Below are positions 46,775 to 54,436 of a DNA stretch of 54,436 nt, piece by piece. Under the pieces are notes generated by a model. It did no database searches and had not been told where the DNA came from. It worked only from the letters and a program-made list of their open reading frames with translations. Position numbers and translations under genes: made by a program. Source of the DNA: an uncultured Alphaproteobacteria bacterium. Lineage in GTDB: Bacteria > Pseudomonadota > Alphaproteobacteria > RF32 > CAG-239. The number at the start of each line of letters is the position of its first letter. The stretch's first letter is position 1. The stretch lies in the NCBI GenBank assembly GCA_944392325.1, contig CALXWI010000001.1:1-54436 (forward strand). Direction: 5' to 3'.

Positions 46775-49021
46775 CTAATCTTTTAAGAATTTGTTGCTCT
46801 TGGGGAAGCCGAACGGAGCCAACTTGCCGATTTGGGCGCGATGACCAAGCCAGCTAAGCAAGTCGGTCTCGGTCTTGGTGCCGCCGGCTCGATTATAGGT
46901 AAAGCCCTCTTCTTCCTTGAAAATTTGGATATCTGACATATTGCCGTCTTTATACTTCTGCAAGGTTACACCGCGGCCGCGAGCCATGGTGGGAATCTCT
47001 TCAAGTTTGAAGACCAGAAGTTTGCGGTTTTCACCGATAATGGCGACCATATCACCGGTGACTTTTTTGCAGAATACGGACTTCTCATCATCAGCAAGAT
47101 TCATAATCTTGCGGCCATTGCGGGTTTGAGCCAAAATGTGATTTTCATCAACCAAAAAGCCGCGGCCGGTATTAGAGGCAATAACATAGCGGGCTCCCGG
47201 CTCAAAACAGAACATCGTACTGATGGAATCAGAAATGCCCAAATCTATCATTAATCTGACCGGCTGGCCAAAACCGCGGCCGCTCGGAATCTCACTGGCC
47301 GGAATAGTATAGAATTTTCCGGCGGTATCAAAAAGAATAATCTTATCAGTGGTTTGGGCGTGGATGGCGCACTCTAAGGCATCATCATCTTTAAACTTAA
47401 AGTCCTCATTTAAGTCAACATGGCCTTTGAGGCAGCGTATCCACCCTTTTTGCGACAAAATAACGGTTATCGGCTCTTTTTCAACCAAGGCTTCAAGCGG
47501 GACTTCTATATCAGCGGGAGCCTCAGCAAAGTCGGTACGGCGGCGGCCGAGAGCCGTCTTTTTGCCGAATTTTTCTTTAATCAGCTTAATTTCACCGGCA
47601 ATAGCCTCCCAGCGTTTACCTTCATTGTTCAAGAGGAGCTCGAGTTCGGATTTTTCAGCGCTCAAGTCATCAAACTCTTGTTTTATCTCGGCTTCTTCAA
47701 GTTTACGCAGCGAGCGAAGTTTCATATTCAAAATGGCTTCAGCCTGATTATCCGTAAGGTTGAATTTTTGCATCATTACCGTCTTGGGGTCGTCTTCTTC
47801 ACGGATGATACGGATGATTTCATCCAGATTAAGGTATGCAATCAGGTAACCAGACAAAATCTCAAGGCGGATATTAATTTTATCTAACCGATACTGGGCG
47901 CGGCGAATCAAAACCTGATGGCGGTGTTGCAAAAACTCGTGCAAAACCTGTTTGATGTCCAAAACATGAGGGACACCCTCAGAATCCAAAACATTCATAT
48001 TCATATTGAAACGGGATTCCAGCTCGGTTTCTTTGAACAAATGCTCCATTAAAAGGTTGGCATCAACAGAGCGGTTTTTGGGCTCCAATACAATACGGAC
48101 GTCGTGTGAAGATTCGTCCCTAACATCCGCTAATAACGGAATTTTTTTATCAAATAAAAGGTTGGCAATGCGCTCAATTAATTTAGATTTAATAACCTGA
48201 TAGGGAATCTCTTTAACCACAATTTGGTACAATCCGTGGCTGAGCTCCTCTTTTTCCCAGCGGGCACGAATGCGAAAAACGCCACGTCCTTGTTTATAAG
48301 TATTAAGAATACTCTCAAACTTATCAATAATAATACCACCGGTCGGGAAATCTGGCCCTTTAATACGTTTGACCAGAGGCTCGATATCGCAATCCGGATT
48401 TTCAATCAGATACAAAAGAGCGTCGCAGACTTCACTCAAGTTATGCGGCGGGATATTGGTGGCCATACCTACGGCAATACCGGCGGAACCGTTACACAAC
48501 AAGTTGGGCACCATTGAAGGCATAACGACAGGTTCTTCCTCTTCTCCATCGTAGGTTTCGCGGAAATCAACGGCATTTTCATTAAGGCCTTCCATCAAAG
48601 CCATGGCAAATTCGGTTAATCGGGCCTCGGTATAACGCATGGCAGCGGCGCCGTCGCCATCAATGTTGCCAAAGTTGCCTTGCCCGTCGACCAACGGATA
48701 TCGTACCGAAAAATCTTGTGCCAGACGCACCATTGCTCCATAAACCGCACTATCACCATGGGGGTGATATTTACCAATAACATCACCAACAACACGCGCG
48801 CATTTCTTAAAACCGGACTTGGGATCCAAATGAAGCTGGCGCATGGCAAACAGCAAGCGGCGGTGAACCGGCTTTAATCCGTCACGGACATCAGGCAAAG
48901 AACGCGACACAATGGTTGACATTGCATAAGACAGATAGCGGGTGCTCAGCTCTTCAGCAAGGTGGACGTCTTTTATTTTTTCTTCATTTTCAACAGTCGG
49001 TTCAGACATTTCGGTATCCAA
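46775..49021 (-). CDS. parC: DNA topoisomerase IV subunit A
   Basis: 748 aa. [27 protein letters not shown], the catalytic region [10 protein letters not shown], and the size and short C-terminal domain fit ParC better than GyrA. Confidence 0.9.
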   Translation of the reverse strand: MDTEMSEPTVENEEKIKDVHLAEELSTRYLSYAMSTIVSRSLPDVRDGLKPVHRRLLFAMRQLHLDPKSGFKKCARVVGDVIGKYHPHGDSAVYGAMVRLAQDFSVRYPLVDGQGNFGNIDGDGAAAMRYTEARLTEFAMALMEGLNENAVDFRETYDGEEEEPVVMPSMVPNLLCNGSAGIAVGMATNIPPHNLSEVCDALLYLIENPDCDIEPLVKRIKGPDFPTGGIIIDKFESILNTYKQGRGVFRIRARWEKEELSHGLYQIVVKEIPYQVIKSKLIERIANLLFDKKIPLLADVRDESSHDVRIVLEPKNRSVDANLLMEHLFKETELESRFNMNMNVLDSEGVPHVLDIKQVLHEFLQHRHQVLIRRAQYRLDKINIRLEILSGYLIAYLNLDEIIRIIREEDDPKTVMMQKFNLTDNQAEAILNMKLRSLRKLEEAEIKQEFDDLSAEKSELELLLNNEGKRWEAIAGEIKLIKEKFGKKTALGRRRTDFAEAPADIEVPLEALVEKEPITVILSQKGWIRCLKGHVDLNEDFKFKDDDALECAIHAQTTDKIILFDTAGKFYTIPASEIPSGRGFGQPVRLMIDLGISDSISTMFCFEPGARYVIASNTGRGFLVDENHILAQTRNGRKIMNLADDEKSVFCKKVTGDMVAIIGENRKLLVFKLEEIPTMARGRGVTLQKYKDGNMSDIQIFKEEEGFTYNRAGGTKTETDLLSWLGHRAQIGKLAPFGFPKSNKFLKD

Positions 49022-49024
49022 TTA

Positions 49025-49750
49025 TTATAGATGTTTAATCAAATTATCACGCAAATTAACACGGTTTTCAGGGAATTTCAAGCCATGAAGCTGAAAAAAA
49101 TTTTTATTTAGGAAAAACTCTGTCATTTTAAGGGTATCAGAGATTTCTTTTAAGCTGGGGTGCTCATTGTGCTTAATAATATATTCCGGATAAGCAAACA
49201 GGCGGTTTTGGTATGGGGCGCCGGCATCAGCGCTGACGGCTTTGCCGCTTTTGGGCGATACATAACGCAAATTGCTGCGTTGCCCTGTAACGGCGCAACA
49301 GCTCAAGTCGAGCCCTATGCCTAAATAGTCTAACAAATAAAATTCAAAGTAAGAATAATATGTTCTCCAATTATCTTCATTTATTTGTTTAAAAAACTTA
49401 TCTATTACGTTGTAAAACCTCTCTGTATTTTCTTTTTCAGGCAGACAGTCATTGCACAGCTCGCAAAGCGAACCCAATGCGGCAAGCTTTTCCGCTGAGG
49501 CCATAAAATTTACCGAATTAGCCGATATCAACTCCACATGAAAACTATACATATTTTCTTCTAAGCGGGAGTAAGCATTTAACTTTATGCTGTTACCCAA
49601 TTGATATATCGCTAAATTGTTCTTGCTTATGGCGTTTTTGACATAGCCGGTCAGTTTGCCGTTGTTTTGGGTCAAAACGGTCAAAATAAGCGAGCGTTCG
49701 CCGTGGCGGCGCTGCTTGATTATATAACCTTCATCAGAAAAGCTTGTCAC
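49025..49750 (-). CDS. recO: DNA repair protein RecO
   Basis: 241 aa. N-terminal OB-fold pattern (EGYIIKQRRHGERSLILTVLTQNNGKLTGYVK). Cys-containing middle region. Confidence 0.85.
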   Translation of the reverse strand: MTSFSDEGYIIKQRRHGERSLILTVLTQNNGKLTGYVKNAISKNNLAIYQLGNSIKLNAYSRLEENMYSFHVELISANSVNFMASAEKLAALGSLCELCNDCLPEKENTERFYNVIDKFFKQINEDNWRTYYSYFEFYLLDYLGIGLDLSCCAVTGQRSNLRYVSPKSGKAVSADAGAPYQNRLFAYPEYIIKHNEHPSLKEISDTLKMTEFFLNKNFFQLHGLKFPENRVNLRDNLIKHL

Positions 49751-49773
49751 AATAACCTACTGTTTTGCCTAAA

Positions 49774-50619
49774 TTAATAGTCATGTATCATCGACTTGGT
49801 TATACGGTCATAGGCCTGTAACTCTGTCAAGACACGTTTCATATCATGCAGAGGTATCATATTAGGTCCGTCAGACAAGGCTTTATCCGGATTGTCGTGG
49901 GTTTCAATAAACACGGCAGCAACACCAACGGCTACGGCTGCACGAGCCAAAACCGGTGCGTATTCACGCTGTCCACCTGAGGTTCCGCCCAAGCCTCCGG
50001 GTTGTTGGACGGAATGAGTAGCATCAAAAATTACCGGACAGCCGGTATCTTTAGCCATACGCGGCAATCCTCTAAAATCAGTCACCAAGGTATTGTAGCC
50101 AAAGCTAGCACCGCGTTCTGTAACACATACGTTCATATTACCGGAATCTTCAGCCTTTTTGACGATATTCTTCATATCCCATGGAGCTAAAAACTGACCC
50201 TTCTTGATATTAACCACTTTGCCGGTATGTGCCGCAGCGACAACCAAATCGGTCTGGCGGCACAAAAACGCCGGAATTTGCAGCATATCAACGTGAGGTG
50301 CGACTTCAGCGCATTGTTCTTTTTCATGAATATCGGTTACTATCGGTATGTTATTAAACAATTTTTTGATTTCATCAAAGGTTCTTATACCCTCTTCCAG
50401 GCCGACACCACGTGGGGTGTTGATTGATGAGCGGTTGGCTTTATCAAAAGAAGCTTTGAAAATATAGTTAATACCTAATTCTTTAGTTATTTCAACCATT
50501 TGCCCAGCCATATCAATAGCGTGTTGGCGGCTCTCAATTTGGCAAGGGCCGGCGAGCAAAGCCAGAGGTAATTTATTGCCGATAGCAAAATTGCCGATTT
50601 TAACGGTGCGTTGTTCCAT
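49774..50619 (-). CDS. kdsA: 3-deoxy-8-phosphooctulonate synthase
   Basis: 281 aa. LLAGPCQIES, FKASFDKANRSS, QIPAFLCRQTDL and DATHSVQQPGG motifs. Confidence 0.93.
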   Translation of the reverse strand: MEQRTVKIGNFAIGNKLPLALLAGPCQIESRQHAIDMAGQMVEITKELGINYIFKASFDKANRSSINTPRGVGLEEGIRTFDEIKKLFNNIPIVTDIHEKEQCAEVAPHVDMLQIPAFLCRQTDLVVAAAHTGKVVNIKKGQFLAPWDMKNIVKKAEDSGNMNVCVTERGASFGYNTLVTDFRGLPRMAKDTGCPVIFDATHSVQQPGGLGGTSGGQREYAPVLARAAVAVGVAAVFIETHDNPDKALSDGPNMIPLHDMKRVLTELQAYDRITKSMIHDY

Positions 50620-50704
50620 TATATGCTCCTGTTATATCTGTTTATTTGCCTATATCAATAGCATAGTTTTATAGAGCTCGCAACAATCTTTCAGCGGATA
50701 ATCA

Positions 50705-50740
50705 CAGAAAAACCCCCGAACGGTATTCCATTCAGGGGTT
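50705..50740 (-). terminator. intrinsic terminator after the 358-aa gene
   Basis: The minus strand reads AACCCCUGAA-(loop)-UUCGGGGGUU followed by UUUUCUGUG. It begins 6 nt after the stop. Confidence 0.65.
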
Positions 50741-50746
50741 AAAGCA

Positions 50747-51823
50747 TCAGTCAAACATTTGGTTTATTTTGAATTTCTCCGCATTGATATACATCAAGGC
50801 ATCTTGTTGAGCGGCGATAAAGATATCTTTGATATCGGCTTTGCTATAATTGCCAATTGTAGGATAGCTTTTGCTCCAATTGGAACACTGCCGCTTAAAC
50901 TCTGGTTTGGAGCTTAAGTATTCAACGCTCTTGTTCAAATAATAAAGCATAGATTTGACATCTGTCGATGGGCGGTAGAGTTTTTCGGTCATATTTTCCT
51001 TAATAACATATATTGGAATACCAATCCCATACAACCTTTCATTAACATAATAAGCTCTATGTTGCGGAGCTATGAATAAGGCATCAAACATACCGCGAGA
51101 TAAGAGCAGTTCTGATAACGAAGACTTATGCCAAACAAGCAAATCAGCCTGCGGACACAAAGCAACCAAAATATTCTCAGCGATTTCTAAGCGGCGATAT
51201 AAGAAATGCGAATTATATATAATCACAATTTGCGATGCTTGTTGATGATTTTTGACTTGCAAATGCCAAGCATAAGCCGCGTACAAAATGGAGTCCATAT
51301 CATCGCCATAGATGTAAATATATTTAACCGGCTTAATAAAACGGCGGTAAAAAATATTTTGGAAATAATTATCGTGCCGAAAATTAATCGCTTCCTCGGC
51401 GGTCCAAAGGTCTTGATGCTTGACCAATGTATGCAATGTGTCTTGCGCAAAACCAAAAGTTACACATTTGAGATGGGGAAAGTTATTAATTTGACGGAAA
51501 ACACGCGGATGACAGATTATCAAGCCATGCTTGCTGGGACATACGTCAAACATTTGGTTAACAATTTTAATCAAATAACGCAACCCGTTTTCGTTAATAA
51601 GCGGAATTCGCAAATCAACATCCATCAAGCGATTGGTGGTATAAAAATCCGAATACCGGCGCAAAGTATCCACCGTACGTTTGCCTAAAGCGCTATTACC
51701 ATAGATAACCCAGCCGCTCTGCTCTATAAGCGATTGGTTGGGGCATTGATAAATATCTTTACCGATTTGTGTGGGCAAAACCTTGTTGAGCGCCACAATA
51801 CTGCTGAAAATTGAGCTGTTCAT
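50747..51823 (-). CDS. hypothetical protein, paralog A (longer) of the 53570-54277 product
   Basis: Shares IYIYGDDMDSILYAAYAWH / IILFGDALMSAVYTAYAYH and LFIAPQHRAYYVNE / LLIIPQHRALMVQE with the other paralog. It has an extra ~170-aa N-terminal region. No family recognised with confidence; there is a weak DUF218/YdcF-like feel. Confidence 0.55.
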   Translation of the reverse strand: MNSSIFSSIVALNKVLPTQIGKDIYQCPNQSLIEQSGWVIYGNSALGKRTVDTLRRYSDFYTTNRLMDVDLRIPLINENGLRYLIKIVNQMFDVCPSKHGLIICHPRVFRQINNFPHLKCVTFGFAQDTLHTLVKHQDLWTAEEAINFRHDNYFQNIFYRRFIKPVKYIYIYGDDMDSILYAAYAWHLQVKNHQQASQIVIIYNSHFLYRRLEIAENILVALCPQADLLVWHKSSLSELLLSRGMFDALFIAPQHRAYYVNERLYGIGIPIYVIKENMTEKLYRPSTDVKSMLYYLNKSVEYLSSKPEFKRQCSNWSKSYPTIGNYSKADIKDIFIAAQQDALMYINAEKFKINQMFD

Positions 51824-51956
51824 AATACTATAAAATTTAATTGTTGGACATAATAATCAATTATTGTGTCAATATATAGCACAGTTTTTTATAATTGCAA
51901 GGATTTTTAAGGAATAAAATTATCTACAATATTTAGCTATCCCCTTAAAAATCTTA

Positions 51957-51985
51957 TTTACAAGTAATATTTTTTATGATATATT
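51957..51985 (+). promoter_or_regulatory. candidate promoter (extended -10) of the 495-aa Cys-rich protein gene
   Basis: TTTACA (51957-51962), 17-nt spacer ending TGA, TATATT (51980-51985). AGAGGTG RBS before the ATG at 52024. Confidence 0.4.
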
Positions 51986-52023
51986 AGAGTCGTGAAGATA
52001 CTTAAAGATTATAGAGGTGTATT

Positions 52024-53511
52024 ATGATAAAGTTAAAGACGATACTAATGGTATCAGCATCGTGTTCGGTATTTATTTATGCTCAACGTGCGGCAATTGC
52101 ATCTTTGGACATTTCTTCTTATGACAAGTCTCCAGAGGCTGAATTTATCTACACATTAAGGCATACATTTTATGTGCCAGACATACATACACACCTTCCT
52201 CTGGAGAACTTGTCACCTCAAAAATATTCTGTTTTTTCTAATACTACATATAAAGAAGCTTCCGTTTGCTTTATTACAGATGCCGGTAACTGTGCCGGTG
52301 ACGAATTTGGGGCGGCCAACACTCCTGATGGCGGTGGAAATACTACGCCTCCTGATGAAGATTGGGAACTAGATAATAAAAAACGTTGTGAGCAAGAAGG
52401 ATATGTTGACGATAAATGCCCTGAAACTGCTAAGCCTGGAACTGAATGCCCTTATGATAATGGCTATCATACCGGATGCCAATGCTTGCCGGAATATAAT
52501 AAGTTATGTAACGGAGATGATGAAGGCGGAAAAGGACCTAGCTGTGATTCTAAATTTAAAGAATGTTGTAAGCTATGCTCTGACTTCCCTTATACCGCAA
52601 GTAGTATTCCGGAAGGATATGTAAAAACTTCTAGCTGTAACAGTTGTACTGGTATTAAATATAAGGCACAATGTGATGCCTCTTTCAAATACACCTGCAC
52701 CGGAGCTAATCAGACTGGCGGAAGCGGTACTGCTTGCGATGGTAAATATAAGTCTTGTAAATGCCAATCTAATTATATTTGGAATGCCAATACAGCTACT
52801 TGCGATATTGTTTGTGATCCTGCTTATAAATTAGATTGCACCAGAACCTCTAGCAATCATATAACCGGTGGTGATGGCTCGGCTTGTGATGGTAAATACC
52901 AGCGTTGTAAATGCGATAGCGGATATACTTGGGTTAGCTCGTCTAACTATTGTAAACAAAATTGTGATGCCGCTTTCAAATATACTTGTACAGGAGCTAA
53001 CCAAACTGGCGGAAGCGGAACCGCTTGCGATGGTAAATATAAGTCTTGTAAATGTGCTTCCGGATATACTTGGAATAATGGAGTGTGTGAACAAAATAAA
53101 AACGGTGTTGATGATGACGGTTTACATTATTGTAATGGACAAGTTGATGGAGTACGTGTAACCGGAACCAATATCGTAGTAGGATACAAAGATGTCGGAA
53201 ATACGTTTTGGACCGGAATTAGTAGTTTTGTATCGAGCTTTAAATTCTGTGGAAAATCAGGACGCTTGCCTACTAAAGCGGAATTATTGGCAATATATAG
53301 AGATATGGACAATATAAAAAGGAAATTGGCTGAAAATGGTGGAACTCAGTTTTCATCTGCTTGGTATTGGACATCTGATTATAGCGGTAAATGTCCTTGG
53401 CATAAAGGTGGCGATTACTATTATATTGTTAACCCAATTACCGGAGCTACAAAAGGTACCGGATGTGATGCGGTAGACTACCTGCATGTTCGTGCAGTAA
53501 TGGATATTTAA
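52024..53511 (+). CDS. secreted Cys-rich modular protein with DUF1566-like C-terminal domain (paralog of 26257-27072)
   Basis: Signal peptide. Cys-rich N-terminal region. Three tandem modules C.{2,3}(F/Y)K(Y/L).CT...GG.G.ACDGKY..CKC.SGY.W. C-terminal part with GRLPTKAELLAIY and AWYWTSD, as in DUF1566. Confidence 0.7.
   Translation: MIKLKTILMVSASCSVFIYAQRAAIASLDISSYDKSPEAEFIYTLRHTFYVPDIHTHLPLENLSPQKYSVFSNTTYKEASVCFITDAGNCAGDEFGAANTPDGGGNTTPPDEDWELDNKKRCEQEGYVDDKCPETAKPGTECPYDNGYHTGCQCLPEYNKLCNGDDEGGKGPSCDSKFKECCKLCSDFPYTASSIPEGYVKTSSCNSCTGIKYKAQCDASFKYTCTGANQTGGSGTACDGKYKSCKCQSNYIWNANTATCDIVCDPAYKLDCTRTSSNHITGGDGSACDGKYQRCKCDSGYTWVSSSNYCKQNCDAAFKYTCTGANQTGGSGTACDGKYKSCKCASGYTWNNGVCEQNKNGVDDDGLHYCNGQVDGVRVTGTNIVVGYKDVGNTFWTGISSFVSSFKFCGKSGRLPTKAELLAIYRDMDNIKRKLAENGGTQFSSAWYWTSDYSGKCPWHKGGDYYYIVNPITGATKGTGCDAVDYLHVRAVMDI
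52672..53076 (+). repeat. three in-frame tandem coding modules of 47-50 codons (starts 52672, 52813, 52963)
   Basis: Units 1 and 3 encode the identical FKYTCTGANQTGGSGTACDGKYKSCKC but differ at 9 synonymous sites by hand alignment. Unit 2 is more diverged. Confidence 0.85.
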
Positions 53512-53527
53512 TAATAAAAAAAAGCAC

Positions 53528-53560
53528 AAAGCCCGGCGTCTTGATTTGACGGCGGGCTTT
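53528..53560. terminator. bidirectional terminator hairpin between convergent genes
   Basis: AAAGCCCGGCG (53528-53538) pairs with CGGCGGGCTTT (53550-53560) at 10 of 11 positions. An A-run lies upstream (a T-run for the minus strand) and TTTGAATTT downstream. Confidence 0.6.
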
Positions 53561-53569
53561 GAATTTGGA

Positions 53570-54277
53570 TTAACAATAAAATTGTTGAATGCGCGGAGCA
53601 TGGTTGGCTATAAGCGCGGTTATCTCTTCTTTTACGGTTTCGGCATAGGCATCTTTATCCCCAAAGGTGAGATTGCGGATAGCTTCAGACCACCATTGTA
53701 CACATTCGGGGTGTTGCTTGCGGCGGCGCAAAATATGCACGCTTTCATCAATATAAAATACTGACAAGTCCCTATCGCCTAAGATAACCTCTCCTCCAGG
53801 AATGGTATAAATACCGAGGTTATCACCAGAAATGTGTTCTTGAACCATCAAGGCGCGATGCTGCGGAATTATCAACAATGTACCGGGGCGACATTCATAA
53901 ACATCATCAGCATAACAGTAAGTAGGTGCTACGCCTAATGAGGAAAGAATTTTTTGCGCACAGAAAGCGGTTTTGCGATTGCCTATATCATCAAGATGAA
54001 TCAATGTGACATCTGGGCAAATCCCGTAATCTTTATGCAAACTATGATAAGCATAAGCAGTATAAACTGCCGACATAAGCGCATCGCCAAAAAGTATAAT
54101 GTGCTGATAAGGCTTGAGCTTGTTATATTCGGCATAGTTTACCCACGGATTATCACTCTTGACCAAGTGAGCCAATAAATCTGTTGATGCAGTCTGACCT
54201 GACGATGAGACATAACAATTTTGTACTAAAGGTGATACAGAGATCAGTTTCTGTATCGCTTCATTAATCTTTTCCAT
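53570..54277 (-). CDS. hypothetical protein, paralog B (shorter) of the 50747-51823 product
   Basis: 235 aa. See the shared motifs listed for paralog A. Also the shared C-terminal pattern ECVQWWSEAIRNLTFGDKDAY / RQCSNWSKSYPTIGNYSKADI. Confidence 0.55.
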   Translation of the reverse strand: MEKINEAIQKLISVSPLVQNCYVSSSGQTASTDLLAHLVKSDNPWVNYAEYNKLKPYQHIILFGDALMSAVYTAYAYHSLHKDYGICPDVTLIHLDDIGNRKTAFCAQKILSSLGVAPTYCYADDVYECRPGTLLIIPQHRALMVQEHISGDNLGIYTIPGGEVILGDRDLSVFYIDESVHILRRRKQHPECVQWWSEAIRNLTFGDKDAYAETVKEEITALIANHAPRIQQFYC

Positions 54278-54397
54278 AAGAATAATTTTTTTATAAATGA
54301 GACATAATTATTAAAAAGTATATTGGGTATAACATAAAATACTTAAAAAGCAAGATGTTTTTGAATAACATTTGTTTGCAATATATTGCTAAACAAC

Positions 54398-54427
54398 AAA
54401 AACAGGCGGGGTTGCCCTCGCCTGTTT
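54398..54427 (-). terminator. intrinsic terminator for a minus-strand gene lying beyond the right edge
   Basis: AAACAGGCG (54400-54408) pairs with CGCCTGTTT (54419-54427) in a 9-bp stem. On the minus strand it is followed by TTTTTGTTGTTT. Confidence 0.6.
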
Positions 54428-54436
54428 GACTTATAA

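Noticed and set aside
51206-51688. 160-aa plus-strand ORF opposite the 358-aa gene
   Set aside because: The minus-strand product is homologous to the 53570-54277 product, which supports that frame. The plus-strand ORF has no partner or signals.

Overview
A 54.4-kb, densely coding chromosomal window of low GC (about 40% by eye). I saw no rRNA, CRISPR array, transposase, integrase or phage genes. Gene content and synteny point to a reduced-genome, low-GC alphaproteobacterium: dusB-trkA-hfq-hflX, divergent mfd/recG, recO-parC, and MlaD next to DUF2155. Housekeeping content: tRNA-Ser(GCU), rpsD, yejE/yejF-like ABC genes, a family-5-like uracil-DNA glycosylase, an apbE-rseC-rnfBCDGEA block, a CDP-alcohol phosphatidyltransferase, dsbD, a MIF-like tautomerase, mfd, recG, a GldA/F/G-like ABC cluster with DUF4340 and an orphan histidine kinase, two MlaD paralogs plus DUF2155, a GT2 glycosyltransferase, hflX, hfq, trkA, dusB, parC, recO and kdsA. 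Four parts deserve a second look. (1) Two loci (26.2-27.4 kb and 50.7-54.3 kb) encode secreted Cys-rich modular proteins with a DUF1566-like C-terminal domain. The first is preceded by a roughly 240-nt structured leader or sRNA with its own promoter and intrinsic terminator. The second is flanked by two paralogous genes of unknown function. (2) A roughly 1320-aa membrane-anchored coiled-coil protein and a Ser/Tyr-rich disordered protein lie upstream of dusB; the disordered protein's stop codon abuts the dusB start codon. (3) A perfect 2 x 183-bp tandem duplication lies beside the tRNA. (4) The rnf operon has a gene order I associate with Bacteroidota, not Alphaproteobacteria. All family assignments come from reading motifs in the supplied translations. 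No database search was run.
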